A stretch of 64,000 bases of DNA, taken from IMG/VR virus record IMGVR_UViG_3300005458_000017; one strand, 5' to 3'. Below, piece after piece: positions 9,113 to 19,336 of the stretch; positions within the stretch are counted from its first letter, which is position 1; each line of letters starts with the position of its first letter. Source of the stretch: an uncultured virus (IMG/VR IMGVR_UViG_3300005458_000017). Taxonomy: Duplodnaviria > Heunggongvirae > Uroviricota > Caudoviricetes. The notes under the pieces were generated by a model, which saw only the letters and a list, made by a program, of their open reading frames with translations, ran no database searches and was not told the DNA's origin. Made by a program: the position numbers and the translations under genes.

Positions 9113-9816
9113 TGGCAAAAATTGAAGGCGTAGCGCCAGCACGCGCGAAGAAAGAATGGGCGTGGAGTTACTCGAAGCTGAAGAACTTCGAGACCTGCCC
9201 GAAGCGCCACTACGAGATCGATCTTGCCAAAAACTACAGCGAGCCGGAAGAACCCGACGGCCCCCTCGACTGGGGCAACCGCGTCCATAAAGCGTTGGCA
9301 GCGGCATGCAGCGGCATCCCCCTGCCGGAGGAGATGAGCAGGTTTCAGCCGTGGGTGGACAAGGTGCGAGCCGGTCCCGGCCAATTATTGGTGGAGCAGA
9401 AGTATGCCATCACGCGCGACTTCCGACCTACTACTTATTTTGCTTCTGACGTTTGGTATCGTGGCATTGGTGACGTGGTGCGTGTGGATGGCCCTGTGGC
9501 TCTGGTTCTAGATTGGAAGACGGGGAAAATTTTAGAAGACAGCGTGCAACTGATGTTGATGGCGCAATGCATTTTTTCACACTATCCGAACGTACTCCGG
9601 GTACGTTCGGAATTCGTGTGGTTAAAAGACGATTGCACTTCCCCTGAAGTGTTCGACAGGGCGGAAGTAGCAGACAACTGGCGTGGCCTGCTCCCGCGCG
9701 TGCAGGGCATGGAACTTGCCGCTACTACGGCAAGTTACCCGCCGAAGCCCGGCAAACTCTGCAAGAAATGGTGCATCGTCGCGAGTTGTCCGTTCCACAA
9801 GAAGGGTGCGTATTGA
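9112..9816 (+). CDS. PD-(D/E)XK (RecB/Cas4-like) exonuclease
   Basis: WSYSKL..F.TCP, G..VH, GD...DWKTGK, terminal C..WC....CP cluster. Confidence 0.88.
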   Translation: MAKIEGVAPARAKKEWAWSYSKLKNFETCPKRHYEIDLAKNYSEPEEPDGPLDWGNRVHKALAAACSGIPLPEEMSRFQPWVDKVRAGPGQLLVEQKYAITRDFRPTTYFASDVWYRGIGDVVRVDGPVALVLDWKTGKILEDSVQLMLMAQCIFSHYPNVLRVRSEFVWLKDDCTSPEVFDRAEVADNWRGLLPRVQGMELAATTASYPPKPGKLCKKWCIVASCPFHKKGAY

Positions 9817-9895
9817 CCGAGATTAGAGTGTTGGAAATCGCAGCCTTGACAAGCTGGTGCTTCGTGGTGTGCGTTATTTTTGGCTGGAGGCCGTT

Positions 9896-10204
9896 TTGAA
9901 TCTGGAAGAACTAATCCGCGATCGCGCCACTAAAGGCGAGATGGTGCATTTGTCGCTCTGGCATGAAATATCCAGTGGGCTGTGGTGCGCTACCTATGCG
10001 CCGGCCCACGAGTTCGGCAACAGTGTCGCCCGCGACAAGGACCCGGTGAAGGCGTGCGAAGCGGCGATCACCGCACCGAAAACCAAGCGGCGCGTTACCG
10101 CGACGGTAAGAGAGCCGATCGTCGATCACCTCGCCGGTGGGCCGCGCGGTCCGCTCGAACCGGAGAAGTCCGACACGCTAGATAGCTGGTTGCCGCGCGC
10201 ATGA
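9896..10204 (+). CDS. Hypothetical protein
   Basis: GGAGG RBS with TTG start; ATGA overlap downstream. Confidence 0.6.
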   Translation: MNLEELIRDRATKGEMVHLSLWHEISSGLWCATYAPAHEFGNSVARDKDPVKACEAAITAPKTKRRVTATVREPIVDHLAGGPRGPLEPEKSDTLDSWLPRA

Positions 10205-10563
10205 CGCCCGAGGGCAAGGTAAAGAAAAAAGTCAACGCAGCGCTCAAGGCACTGGGCGTTGACTGCTGGCGCTTCATGCCGGTGCAGACTGGCTACGGCT
10301 CGCCGGCTCTTGATTATCTGATCTGTTTCAAGGGAAGATTCATTGCCATCGAGACCAAGGCGCCCGGCAAGAAGCTCACGCCCCTGCAAGAGAGCACCAA
10401 GGCGGCGATGGAAGCCGCAGGCGCGTTGGTGCTGATTGTTGACGGAGACGAGAGTTTGGAGAACGCGAGGAGAACTATCTGTGAAATCGGAAGAGAACAC
10501 GCCAGAGGTTGGCAGGGCGCAGGGGCGCTCGACCAAAGCGTCCAACATAAAAAAGCTGCGTAG
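10201..10563 (+). CDS. VRR-NUC domain nuclease
   Basis: MTPEGKVK, G..LD...GRFIAIETKAPG.K.T.LQ. Confidence 0.88.
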   Translation: MTPEGKVKKKVNAALKALGVDCWRFMPVQTGYGSPALDYLICFKGRFIAIETKAPGKKLTPLQESTKAAMEAAGALVLIVDGDESLENARRTICEIGREHARGWQGAGALDQSVQHKKAA

Positions 10564-10660
10564 GCAACTGGCTGGGATCATGGCGCACCTGGAACGGCAC
10601 CCAGACGACGTGCTTAGCAAGGCGCGCGTGGCTACGATCAACGAATTACTGCGGCGGTAA
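10481..10660 (+). CDS. Small hypothetical protein
   Basis: AGGAG before GTG; helical basic product. Confidence 0.45.
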   Translation: MKSEENTPEVGRAQGRSTKASNIKKLRRQLAGIMAHLERHPDDVLSKARVATINELLRR

Positions 10661-10662
10661 CA

Positions 10663-10929
10663 ATGTGTTTTGGCAACAAAGGTGGCGGCTCGCGAACGGG
10701 TCGCAAATACGTCGAGCAGATCACGGTCGGTCTGACCCCGGAAGATTTTGCATACCTGCGTGGGATCAGAATGACCTCGCTGGCGGAAGCTCCCCGTCAG
10801 TGTATAGCGCGTTGCAAACAAGAGGATACATTATGCGGAAAGTCTGTACTGCCTGCGGCACGTTGCACGTCGTATCCGACGCCAGATCATACGCCAGTGT
10901 CACCTGCGGCCTATGCGGAAGCCAATTGA
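10663..10929 (+). CDS. Possible ribbon-helix-helix (CopG/Arc-like) small DNA-binding protein
   Basis: EQITVGLTPEDFAYL...SLAEA.RQCI strand-helix-helix pattern; palindrome copy ends 3 nt upstream. Confidence 0.45.
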   Translation: MCFGNKGGGSRTGRKYVEQITVGLTPEDFAYLRGIRMTSLAEAPRQCIARCKQEDTLCGKSVLPAARCTSYPTPDHTPVSPAAYAEAN

Positions 10930-11108
10930 AGTACGTATACCGCGCCGCGCCGTGGGAGCAAACGCCAAGGTGGCACCCATATAACTGGTTAGGCCTGACC
11001 TTGCGACGTTGGATCGATGACCTGCCATGGGATGTCGGCTGGTGGGAATACGGCCGACCAAAGCGCGTTGCCCGGGAAGCCCTGAAAGAGAAGTTTGATG
11101 TCGCGTGA
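10833..11108 (+). CDS. Small zinc-ribbon protein
   Basis: CTAC...CGLC; GAGGA RBS. Confidence 0.6.
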   Translation: MRKVCTACGTLHVVSDARSYASVTCGLCGSQLKYVYRAAPWEQTPRWHPYNWLGLTLRRWIDDLPWDVGWWEYGRPKRVAREALKEKFDVA

Positions 11109-11370
11109 ACTAGCCCTCGCAGGCGAGTTGGTCAAAGAGGGATGGCCTATGGATCAGGCCGTCCAACTGGCCGCCATCGCTGACAAAACAAAGTGGCACC
11201 GAACACGGGGGTGGGACGACGGATATCGACTACATTATGAGCAAGGACCATGGCGTCGTTTGATCCCTTGGAGCGATCATCTGCACCACTACACCGACGG
11301 CATCGGATATGAGTACGCGACTGACGAGGAGATGGCGCGTATCGCGCTGAAAGAGAAATTCGACCACTAA
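11095..11370 (+). CDS. Hypothetical protein
   Basis: ORF overlapping upstream gene end. Confidence 0.55.
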   Translation: MMSRELALAGELVKEGWPMDQAVQLAAIADKTKWHRTRGWDDGYRLHYEQGPWRRLIPWSDHLHHYTDGIGYEYATDEEMARIALKEKFDH

Positions 11371-11428
11371 AAATTTTACGTTGGTGGTATGTCGACCATC
11401 ATCTGAAACCGCAGCACATTGAAACCCT

Positions 11429-13009
11429 ATGCTGAATAGCACGTTTGGCCATTGCATCATCTCGAAGGCGAACAGGGCTGTGATTGCGCCGCTGACTGGC
11501 GCGACCAACAACATGTTCCCTGATGCGCAGAAAATAACCCACCAGGAACAACCGTTCCTTGTCACGCCGCACGGGCTGCGTGAGACCATCATGCTGCGAC
11601 ATCTGGGTTACGAAGTCCCGAACCCGATGCTCCTATACTATGACTGGCGCGGCGGTACGCCGTTCTCGGTGCAGCGTGCGACCTGCGACCTGATGTCCAC
11701 CGCGGCGCGCTGTTACGTGCTCAACTCGATGGGCACCGGCAAGACCAAGAGCGCGCTGTGGTCGTGGGATTACCTCCACGGTAACGGCCTTTGCGGAAAA
11801 ATGCTGGTTGTCGCCACGCTCTCGACGTTGAATTTCGTCTGGGGCCGCGAGGTGTTTGCCACGCTGCCCAACCGTCGCGCGACGATCCTGCATGGCACCA
11901 AGAAGCAGCGCCTGGAGCGGCTTGCCGAGGACGCCGACATCTACATCATCAACCACGACGGGTTGCGGACCATCCAGGCGGAACTATCACAGCGCACCGA
12001 TATCGACGTGCTCTGCCTCGACGAGCTTGCGGTGTACCGCAATCACGGTAGCGGATTATCGAAGGAGATGCGCAAGTTCGCCGAGCGCTTCAAGATCGTG
12101 TGGGGCCTCACCGGGCGCCCGATGCCGAACGAAGTCACCGACGTCTGGGCGCAGGCCAAGATCATACGCCCCGAAAGCGTGCCGAAATTCTTCCGGCACG
12201 CGCAGGAACTTTTGATGAACCGGCTCAACCAGTTCAAATACATCCCCAAGCCCGGCGCCGTCGAAGCCGCCTTCAAGATGCTGCAACCGAGCGTGCGGTA
12301 TGCGCTCGACGACGTGGTTGAGTTGCCCGAGGTGGTCTACCGCACGGTCGATGTGCCACTCTCTGCGAAGCAGAAGAAGGTCTACGACACTCTCGCAAAA
12401 GAGTTCAAGGCCGAGGTGGATAGCCAGGCCATCACGGCGGTCAATGCGGCAGTCGCCATGGGCAAGCTGCTGCAAGTCTCCGGCGGCTGGGTCTATGCCA
12501 AGCCTGTGGGGTCGATCGCGCTCGACGCCAAGCCACGGCATGACATGCTGGTTGATCTGATCGAGGAGAACGCCCGCAAGGTGATAGTCCTCGTGCCCTT
12601 TAGGCACGCTATTGAGGGACTTACGGAAGTCCTCAATAGCGCCGGGATCGAGCACGCCGTGGTGCATGGCGGTGTCCGGGGTCGCGACGAAATCTTCAAC
12701 CTGTTCCAGAACACCGACAAATACAAAGTGCTGTTGGCGCACCCGGAATGTCTCGCACATGGGCTCACGCTCACCGCGGCTGACACCATCATCTGGTACA
12801 TGCCGATCACCTCGCTGGATATCTACGAGCAAGCCAACGCACGGATCACGCGTTACGGCCAGAAGCACCGGCAACAGGTGCTGCACCTGCAATCAACTTC
12901 TGTTGAGAAGAAAATCTACACGCTATTAAGGGGCAAGCAAAAAATCCAGGACTCGCTTCTGGAGATGCTGTCCGAGGCAACCGACAACAGGAAGGTCTCG
13001 TCCCTGTGA
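11429..13009 (+). CDS. SNF2-family helicase
   Basis: MGTGKT, LDEL, LTGRP.PN, HGLTLTAA, QANARITRYGQ. Confidence 0.92.
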   Translation: MLNSTFGHCIISKANRAVIAPLTGATNNMFPDAQKITHQEQPFLVTPHGLRETIMLRHLGYEVPNPMLLYYDWRGGTPFSVQRATCDLMSTAARCYVLNSMGTGKTKSALWSWDYLHGNGLCGKMLVVATLSTLNFVWGREVFATLPNRRATILHGTKKQRLERLAEDADIYIINHDGLRTIQAELSQRTDIDVLCLDELAVYRNHGSGLSKEMRKFAERFKIVWGLTGRPMPNEVTDVWAQAKIIRPESVPKFFRHAQELLMNRLNQFKYIPKPGAVEAAFKMLQPSVRYALDDVVELPEVVYRTVDVPLSAKQKKVYDTLAKEFKAEVDSQAITAVNAAVAMGKLLQVSGGWVYAKPVGSIALDAKPRHDMLVDLIEENARKVIVLVPFRHAIEGLTEVLNSAGIEHAVVHGGVRGRDEIFNLFQNTDKYKVLLAHPECLAHGLTLTAADTIIWYMPITSLDIYEQANARITRYGQKHRQQVLHLQSTSVEKKIYTLLRGKQKIQDSLLEMLSEATDNRKVSSL

Positions 13010-13168
13010 GTGTTCGATGGGGCAGCCTAGAAGACGAGGCGCGCGATGCGCTATCCCAGAGATTTGCTCCGCGAACCGGATGCACTTGGCTGGGTGTGGA
13101 TTTAGCGGACCTATCGAGAGACGAGTTGATCAAAATCATAGTGATACTTGGAAAGAAGGAGAACCTGT

Positions 13169-13588
13169 ATGGCGTCTACGCAGACCATTCCACTGGTCGA
13201 TAAGGAAGTGGAGAAGCGGGTTGGGCAATACATCGCGATCCGCGATCGTCTGAAAGAGATGGACGAGGAGCACGACAAAAAGCGTGCGCCGCTGGTCGAG
13301 CTACAGAATCTCTTAACCGGATGGATGATGCAGTTCCTCGACACTTCAGGTGCGGACAGCATCAAGACCAGCGAAGGGACGTGCTTCCATTCTACGCGAT
13401 ATTCCGCGTCGCTCGCCGACCCCCAGGCTTTCATGAATTATGTCATCGAGAACAGCAGTTGGGATTTACTCGACCGCAAGGCCAACGCCACCGCGGTGAA
13501 AGAATTTGTTGCCGAGAAGGGCTTCCTCCCTCCCGGCGCAAACCTCAGTGCGATCCGAACCGTCAACGTTCGTCGCCCCACCAAGTAA
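13169..13588 (+). CDS. Conserved replication-module protein
   Basis: YIAIRD coiled coil, SIKTSEGT, LLDRK, LPPG; AAGGAG RBS. Confidence 0.75.
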   Translation: MASTQTIPLVDKEVEKRVGQYIAIRDRLKEMDEEHDKKRAPLVELQNLLTGWMMQFLDTSGADSIKTSEGTCFHSTRYSASLADPQAFMNYVIENSSWDLLDRKANATAVKEFVAEKGFLPPGANLSAIRTVNVRRPTK

Positions 13589-13637
13589 CTTACCGTCACG
13601 GTAAAAATGCGGCGCGTGCCGCCTCTAACCCGAAAGA

Positions 13638-14786
13638 GTGAACCTTATGACCAATACTGATCTCATGAACGTGCAGGCGTTCAGCAACGTCACCCCTGCC
13701 GGCGCGTTCGCCGTACTCAATCCGCAGAGCGAGAGTCTCGCCGACGGTATCGGCGCGAGCTATGGCATCATCGGCTACAAAGGCAAGAACTGGTCGCTGC
13801 GCCACCGCGGCGAGAAATACAATTTCGTTCGTGCCGACGATGGTTCGCCAATGGCGTTCCTCGACGTCATCATCCTGCGATCGGCCGGCTACAAGTCCAA
13901 GAGCTATTACGCCGGCACCTATCAAGACGGCCAGGACGGCCTGCGCCCGACCTGCTCGGCGCTGGACGGCATTACGCCTGACGCCGATATCCTCACGCCC
14001 CAGTCCAATGCCTGCGCCGTCTGTCCGCGCAACGTGTTCGGGGTCAACGCGGAGGGTCGCAAGACCAAGGACTGCGGCGACTACAAGCGGCTCGCCGTGC
14101 TGATCCTGCCGTCGCTCACCGCGCGCATCCTTGGCGCGCCGCTGATGGAGCCGGTATTTTTGCGCGTGCCGGCAGCGTCGCTCAATGACCTCGCGACGCT
14201 GGGCGAAGCGATGACTGGCAAGGGTTTTCACTACTCGTCATATGTCACGCGGATCGGCTTTGCCCCTGACAAGGCCCACCCCCAGATGGTGTTTCGCGCG
14301 TTGCAGCCGCTCACCGACGCCGAAGGGCCGCTGGTACTGCCGCTTCGTGAAGACCCGCAAGCGTACCGCATCACGGGAGAAAACGAGGTGGGAAAACCCC
14401 GGGCGGTAGCTGGGCCCGCCAGCAACGTAGTGCCACTCAACACCGTATCCGCGGCGACCGCAGCGGTTGTAGCTGCGCAAGCACGGGTGGCGAACGCAAC
14501 CGTCGCTGCCGCACAGGCGGCAAGGGTAGCGGCTGAGGCCGAGACGACAGTTGATACCGGCTTTGGTGCAGCACCCAAACCGGCCGGGCCGAAGCCCGGT
14601 GCGAACGTGGTGATCGACGCGGTAGCGAACAAGCCAGCGCCGCAGCAAGACGAAGCTGTGGAGACCGGCTTTGCAACCCCGTCGGTGGCCAGTCCCTCCA
14701 CGCAAAATACTGTGGAAGATACCGGGGCCCCGGAAGAGAGCGACCTCGACCTGGATGCACGCGTGGCAGCGCTGCTGCAAAGGTAA
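13638..14786 (+). CDS. Putative ssDNA-binding/annealing protein with Cys cluster and acidic low-complexity tail
   Basis: PTCS..G..PD, CAVCPRN, K.C, LRVPAASL; position between helicase and primase. Confidence 0.7.
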   Translation: MNLMTNTDLMNVQAFSNVTPAGAFAVLNPQSESLADGIGASYGIIGYKGKNWSLRHRGEKYNFVRADDGSPMAFLDVIILRSAGYKSKSYYAGTYQDGQDGLRPTCSALDGITPDADILTPQSNACAVCPRNVFGVNAEGRKTKDCGDYKRLAVLILPSLTARILGAPLMEPVFLRVPAASLNDLATLGEAMTGKGFHYSSYVTRIGFAPDKAHPQMVFRALQPLTDAEGPLVLPLREDPQAYRITGENEVGKPRAVAGPASNVVPLNTVSAATAAVVAAQARVANATVAAAQAARVAAEAETTVDTGFGAAPKPAGPKPGANVVIDAVANKPAPQQDEAVETGFATPSVASPSTQNTVEDTGAPEESDLDLDARVAALLQR

Positions 14787-14790
14787 TCTC

Positions 14791-17700
14791 GTGCCTGACT
14801 GGGGTGCCGTTCAGAACTTCTTGGGAGCAGTCGTGCCGTGGCCGGGGGAAAATCCCGGCCACGTCGGTTTGCATTACTCCATGGTCAACCCCAGGGCCGG
14901 CGAGAAGGGCCAGGAACCCCTGCTCAAGGGCATGGGCTGGCCATTCAGGGACCTGAGCAGTTTTGTCCAGCGCGCCGCATGGATCAGTACGACCACTAAC
15001 TTCAAGGATGTCTGGTTCTGCACCTCGCGGCAGCGAGAGGCGTCGACAAATACCAAGGGCAAGCCGAAGGCGTTGCGTCGTCACGCCAACGCGATGGACT
15101 TGAAAGCGATCTGGATCGACGCCGACGTCAAGCCCGACGACACCGTCGGCAAACACTATACGTCGATGCAGGAGGCCTGGGGGGCGCTCTGTGCGTTTAG
15201 AATCAAAGCGGGCCTTCCCCAGTTCAGCGCCGTGGTAAACTCCGGCGGTGGGCTGCACGCCTACTGGATCAACGACCGCGCACTCACCTCGGACGAGTGG
15301 CGCCCCTACGCGACGGGTTTGAAAGCGCTGCTGCTCCAGGAGGGGGTGAAATGCGACGCCGGCCTCACCACCGACGACGTGCGGCTGTTGCGCGTGCCGG
15401 GGACGTATAACCACAAATATAATCCGCCGCGGGAAGTCGAGCTATTACCCTTGCCGCTGGCGATTTACAACTTCGAAACCTCGCTGGCGTTTCTCACCAC
15501 GATCGCACCGGTACCGGCGAGTACCACCCAGGCCAGCGTTTTCGACGCAGCAAAATTCCAAGGTGTCAAGCCGATCCTTGCAGCGACGCCTCACGACAAT
15601 CTCAGCGATGGGATTGAAAAATCCCCGGGGATTTTTCTCGATCCGCGACCGGTCTTTGCGGGTTGCGCGTTCATGCGCAACGCGTTCGCGAACGCCGGCG
15701 CCGATCTGGACAACCCCTTATGGAATCTCTCTGTGCTCGCCACCACTTTCATGGAGAACGGCAATGCATTCGCCCACCAGATATCTCAAGGCCACGCGAC
15801 CTATACCCCGGCTGATACACAGGCGCTCTACGATCGGAAGGTGGCTGACCGGGCTGACCGAGGAATTGGATACCCAAGCTGCGCGACCATTGCGGGGAAT
15901 GGCTGCAAATCTTGCGCGGCGTGCCCGCACTTCGCGAAAGGCAAGTCACCGCTCAATCTGACGAAGCCGCTGGTTACCGCGACGGTAATCGCGCCGGCGG
16001 CACAGGCAACGCCCGCGCAAACATCGTTACATCTGCCGTCTGGCTACGACCTTGATCACGAGGGTTTCATCTGTCTTGTGGCCGAGAAAACCACAAAGAC
16101 CGGCAGCGAGAGCACGCACCTGATCCGGTTGTTCACGTCCAAGCTCGATATGCCGTGGTCGCAGAAAAATCCTGACGGGATTCACTGCCGCACGACCTAC
16201 GACAAGGGTAATTATTTCATGGCATTCCTGCCGTGGGAGAAGATGGGCGCCAACGATCTGTTTAGAACTTTCGCCCAGCAAAAGATCAAGATCGCAGCGG
16301 CGACCCCATTGGTAAGGGACTTCTATATGGCCTGGCTCACCTATCTGCACGAGTTGGAAGCGGCGCAGGAGACACTGCCTTACGGCTGGTACCGCGACCA
16401 GGGCAACATCAGGGGCTTCGCCTATGGCGGGATGCTGTTCAAGGATGACGGCTCGACGGGTCCCGCCGGCATCACCCAGGGGTCCTTGCGGACGATCTAC
16501 ACCACCACCGGGCAGATGCAGCCGTGGTACGACGCCTGGGAGTGGCTGAAGGTGCAGAAGCGCCCCGAGTTGGAAGCGGTGATCGCGTCTGCCTTCGCCG
16601 GCCCTTTGATGCCGCTGCTGGGCAAGGCGGGCGGCATGCTGTCGATCGAAGGTGAAAGCGGCTCGTGTAAAACCCACGCCATGGAACTCGGCATCGCCGT
16701 ATGGGGAAGCCCGCAGAAGGGTAAAGAGATCAGCAGTTCGACCAAGAACTCGATCATGAACAAGGCGGGGCAGTTGAATAACCTTCCGATTTTTTGGGAC
16801 GAGATCACCCAGGACAATCCGAAGGTGCGAAACGAGGTGCTGGCGGCGCTGATGGAGTTCACCAACGGCATTGAAAAAAGCCGGATGCTGGACGGCGAGC
16901 GTCAGCAAGGGCGCTACTCCTGGGAGAGCATGACGGTCATCTCCTCGAACTGTAGCTTCTGGGATTTCGTTGTCCAGAAACAGAAGACCCACACCGGCGG
17001 CTTCAACCGCGTACTCGAATATAATATCCGTCGCCTGCCGCCGGACGCCGGCATCCTGACGTCCTCTACCGAAGCCGATATCGCCCTCAAGAAGTTGAAC
17101 TACAACTTCGGGCATCTCGGCGCTGAGTACGCCAAGTTCCTGGCGATGAACCATGCGCGTGTTGCCGACGAGGTCAGGGCGATGGGGGTGCTGGTCGAGC
17201 AGGAACTGACCATCGAACAGGAGGAGCGCTACTGGTCGTCGCTGGTCGCCGCGCTGCTATGTGGCGCGAAATACGCGAACGAGGTCTGCAAGGTGGGGTT
17301 CGATGAAATAACCCTGAAGGATTTTTTATACCAGCGTGTGCTCGACGGTCGCGCCCGACGTAACCGCGACCTGCGCCCGGCGGCGGCGCAAGACTCGGTA
17401 GAAGACATCCTGACCAGCTACCTCAAGGAACGCACCAACCAGACAATCTGGACGGACTACACGCCGTCTCGCCCCGGTCATTTCGGCGGGGTCAATGTTT
17501 TGCGCGAACCGCCGGTATCCAACAATTTCGGCATCAACGTGCGCTGGGATGTCACCTCGCGCAAGATGATGATCAGCCGGCCTAACTTCAACGCCTGGCT
17601 TACCAACAAGGAGTTAGCGATCAACGAGACGCACGACAGCCTGGTGAAGAACTACGGCATGGTGATTCAGCGCATCACGCTTGCTGCCGGCACGCGGCAT

Positions 17701-17844
17701 CAGGTGACGCAGGAGCATTGCCTAGTGATCGACGTCACCGGCAAACAGGCGCTCGAAGAATGCATGGATTTCTACAAGCAGCAGGATTCAAGTCAGCCCA
17801 ACCCGGTCGATACCGGGATCACCCTGAAGGACGAAGCAGCTTGA
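14791..17844 (+). CDS. Primase-helicase (RepB/AEP-like primase, DUF927-like domain, P-loop helicase)
   Basis: WIDAD, VNSGGGLHAYW, RLLRVPGT, C..CPH, GESGSCKT, FWDEIT. Confidence 0.9.
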   Translation: MPDWGAVQNFLGAVVPWPGENPGHVGLHYSMVNPRAGEKGQEPLLKGMGWPFRDLSSFVQRAAWISTTTNFKDVWFCTSRQREASTNTKGKPKALRRHANAMDLKAIWIDADVKPDDTVGKHYTSMQEAWGALCAFRIKAGLPQFSAVVNSGGGLHAYWINDRALTSDEWRPYATGLKALLLQEGVKCDAGLTTDDVRLLRVPGTYNHKYNPPREVELLPLPLAIYNFETSLAFLTTIAPVPASTTQASVFDAAKFQGVKPILAATPHDNLSDGIEKSPGIFLDPRPVFAGCAFMRNAFANAGADLDNPLWNLSVLATTFMENGNAFAHQISQGHATYTPADTQALYDRKVADRADRGIGYPSCATIAGNGCKSCAACPHFAKGKSPLNLTKPLVTATVIAPAAQATPAQTSLHLPSGYDLDHEGFICLVAEKTTKTGSESTHLIRLFTSKLDMPWSQKNPDGIHCRTTYDKGNYFMAFLPWEKMGANDLFRTFAQQKIKIAAATPLVRDFYMAWLTYLHELEAAQETLPYGWYRDQGNIRGFAYGGMLFKDDGSTGPAGITQGSLRTIYTTTGQMQPWYDAWEWLKVQKRPELEAVIASAFAGPLMPLLGKAGGMLSIEGESGSCKTHAMELGIAVWGSPQKGKEISSSTKNSIMNKAGQLNNLPIFWDEITQDNPKVRNEVLAALMEFTNGIEKSRMLDGERQQGRYSWESMTVISSNCSFWDFVVQKQKTHTGGFNRVLEYNIRRLPPDAGILTSSTEADIALKKLNYNFGHLGAEYAKFLAMNHARVADEVRAMGVLVEQELTIEQEERYWSSLVAALLCGAKYANEVCKVGFDEITLKDFLYQRVLDGRARRNRDLRPAAAQDSVEDILTSYLKERTNQTIWTDYTPSRPGHFGGVNVLREPPVSNNFGINVRWDVTSRKMMISRPNFNAWLTNKELAINETHDSLVKNYGMVIQRITLAAGTRHQVTQEHCLVIDVTGKQALEECMDFYKQQDSSQPNPVDTGITLKDEAA

Positions 17845-17848
17845 CCGT

Positions 17849-17995
17849 TCACCGCACGTCGAAGAAGAAGCCAACCTGCCCGATCGTGTAGCCGGTAAAA
17901 ATCAGCGCCTTCCAGTACTGCCGCTCTGACACGAGCGCCACGACCGTGAGTGCGTAGAGAACGCCTACGAGCGCGATGATCCAACTGGAAGTCAT
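17849..17995 (-). CDS. Small membrane protein
   Basis: Two hydrophobic segments; ATGA overlap. Confidence 0.55.
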   Translation of the reverse strand: MTSSWIIALVGVLYALTVVALVSERQYWKALIFTGYTIGQVGFFFDVR

Positions 17996-18372
17996 ATTCC
18001 CGAACCCTGCACGAAGCAGTATACGAAGCCGTTCCGGCTCAAGAAGATAACTGCGTGGCCCGTCGGGTTGCCTGCATCCCACTTCAGCTTGTTATCTGGC
18101 ACCTCGATCACGGTGCCCAGGTCAACATGGGGCCGGTGCAGAGGTTCGTCGTCGCGATCGTCGGTGATGGTAACATATGTCTTGCCGTCCTTGACGTGAA
18201 CCTCGTCAGCCCAGTATGCGGCGGCCTCGCCACAACAAGATGCCGCCGGGACGTCCGGCTGCTTAAGGGACCGGTACCACGCGTCCTGGTCGGGATGCAT
18301 GGCGTCGTGGGGAGTGGCGATGGTACTGAGCGCCAGCGAGAATGCTACGAGGACCGGGGCAAGATATTTCAT
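17992..18372 (-). CDS. Secreted Cys-containing protein
   Basis: Signal peptide; SCCGE, NPTGHAVIF, YCFV. Confidence 0.75.
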   Translation of the reverse strand: MKYLAPVLVAFSLALSTIATPHDAMHPDQDAWYRSLKQPDVPAASCCGEAAAYWADEVHVKDGKTYVTITDDRDDEPLHRPHVDLGTVIEVPDNKLKWDAGNPTGHAVIFLSRNGFVYCFVQGSGI

Positions 18373-18839
18373 TTAAGCCTCGCACTATGAAACGGCCCGC
18401 GGGTGTTGATGTCGAACTCAGCGGCGATCTTCACCGCTTCCAGCGCGGTGGCGCCGTTCATCATGGCGCCCCACGCGAACTCGTTCCCGGAGCCGCAGGC
18501 GACAAATTTGCGCGTAATGGGCGTGAAGCCGACTTCGTCTTTGTAATCGACGGGGTCTTCCCGGCTGGTGACCCGCCATACACTGCCGTCGGGCAGGGCA
18601 AGAATACCGGAAAATTCCAGACGTAATTCCAGCAGGGCTTTGCGGATCGGCAGGTTCTTGGCGGATTTCACTTTATCGAGAAAATACTCGATCTCGCGAC
18701 AGTCGTTGTCGCCCGCCTGTCCGAGTAGCGCACCACTAGCCAGTCGGTATATCTTGTTCTTGCTGGTCACCTGCACGTTGCCCAGGGTCCAACAACTGTC
18801 GCATGCCATGATCCCGGCCTTGTATGCGATCGTTGTCAT
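18369..18839 (-). CDS. Ntn-hydrolase / HslV-like (proteasome beta fold) protein
   Basis: N-terminal MTTIAY, ACDS, K, GSG..FA.GAM..GA...EAV.IA...D. Confidence 0.8.
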   Translation of the reverse strand: MTTIAYKAGIMACDSCWTLGNVQVTSKNKIYRLASGALLGQAGDNDCREIEYFLDKVKSAKNLPIRKALLELRLEFSGILALPDGSVWRVTSREDPVDYKDEVGFTPITRKFVACGSGNEFAWGAMMNGATALEAVKIAAEFDINTRGPFHSARLK

Positions 18840-18905
18840 TCTTCAACTCCTGGCAGCGGCGACACAGGAATTCTGGTATCGCGTCGTCGGGGAAATGGAT
18901 GCACA

Positions 18906-19139
18906 TCAGGAACGCGGCTTGATCGGCGCCTTGGACTTGCTGTCGCCCTCGCGCTTGGCCTTGGGGTCCTTGCCTTTCTTGGTGTAGGACTGCGTGTTCT
19001 CCGGCCCCAGCAGTCCCGTCCCCAGCGGGTGGTAGTCGTCGTTCTCTTCCTTCACGAAATTCTTGTGGCGCTCAAGAACGAGACCGCCCTTTGCCGCGTC
19101 CAGATCGCGAGGCTTCTCGCCCTTTGCGTACACTGTCAT
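18906..19139 (-). CDS. Small basic protein, possible virion component
   Basis: GGAG RBS; Lys-rich; AKGG motif. Confidence 0.6.
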   Translation of the reverse strand: MTVYAKGEKPRDLDAAKGGLVLERHKNFVKEENDDYHPLGTGLLGPENTQSYTKKGKDPKAKREGDSKSKAPIKPRS

Positions 19140-19281
19140 TGGTCGTCTCCGCTTTTAGTTCTGAGTGCTTCTGGCCGGGAAATTTCCCGCCATTGGCGTG
19201 CCATAACTCAACCTGCGCCTTGTTGAAGTGCCGGCCGGAAGGGCTGATGTAGTCGTTCGGTCCAACCTTTTTGAAAGGCAT
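19072..19281 (-). CDS. Small hypothetical protein
   Basis: ATG at 19281 after GAGAG; palindrome copy just upstream. Confidence 0.5.
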   Translation of the reverse strand: MPFKKVGPNDYISPSGRHFNKAQVELWHANGGKFPGQKHSELKAETTNDSVRKGREASRSGRGKGRSRS

Positions 19282-19336
19282 CGGCGATCTCTCGGCTGTT
19301 ACCGCGACGGTAAAAACCGGCCCCTTAAAACTCGAT

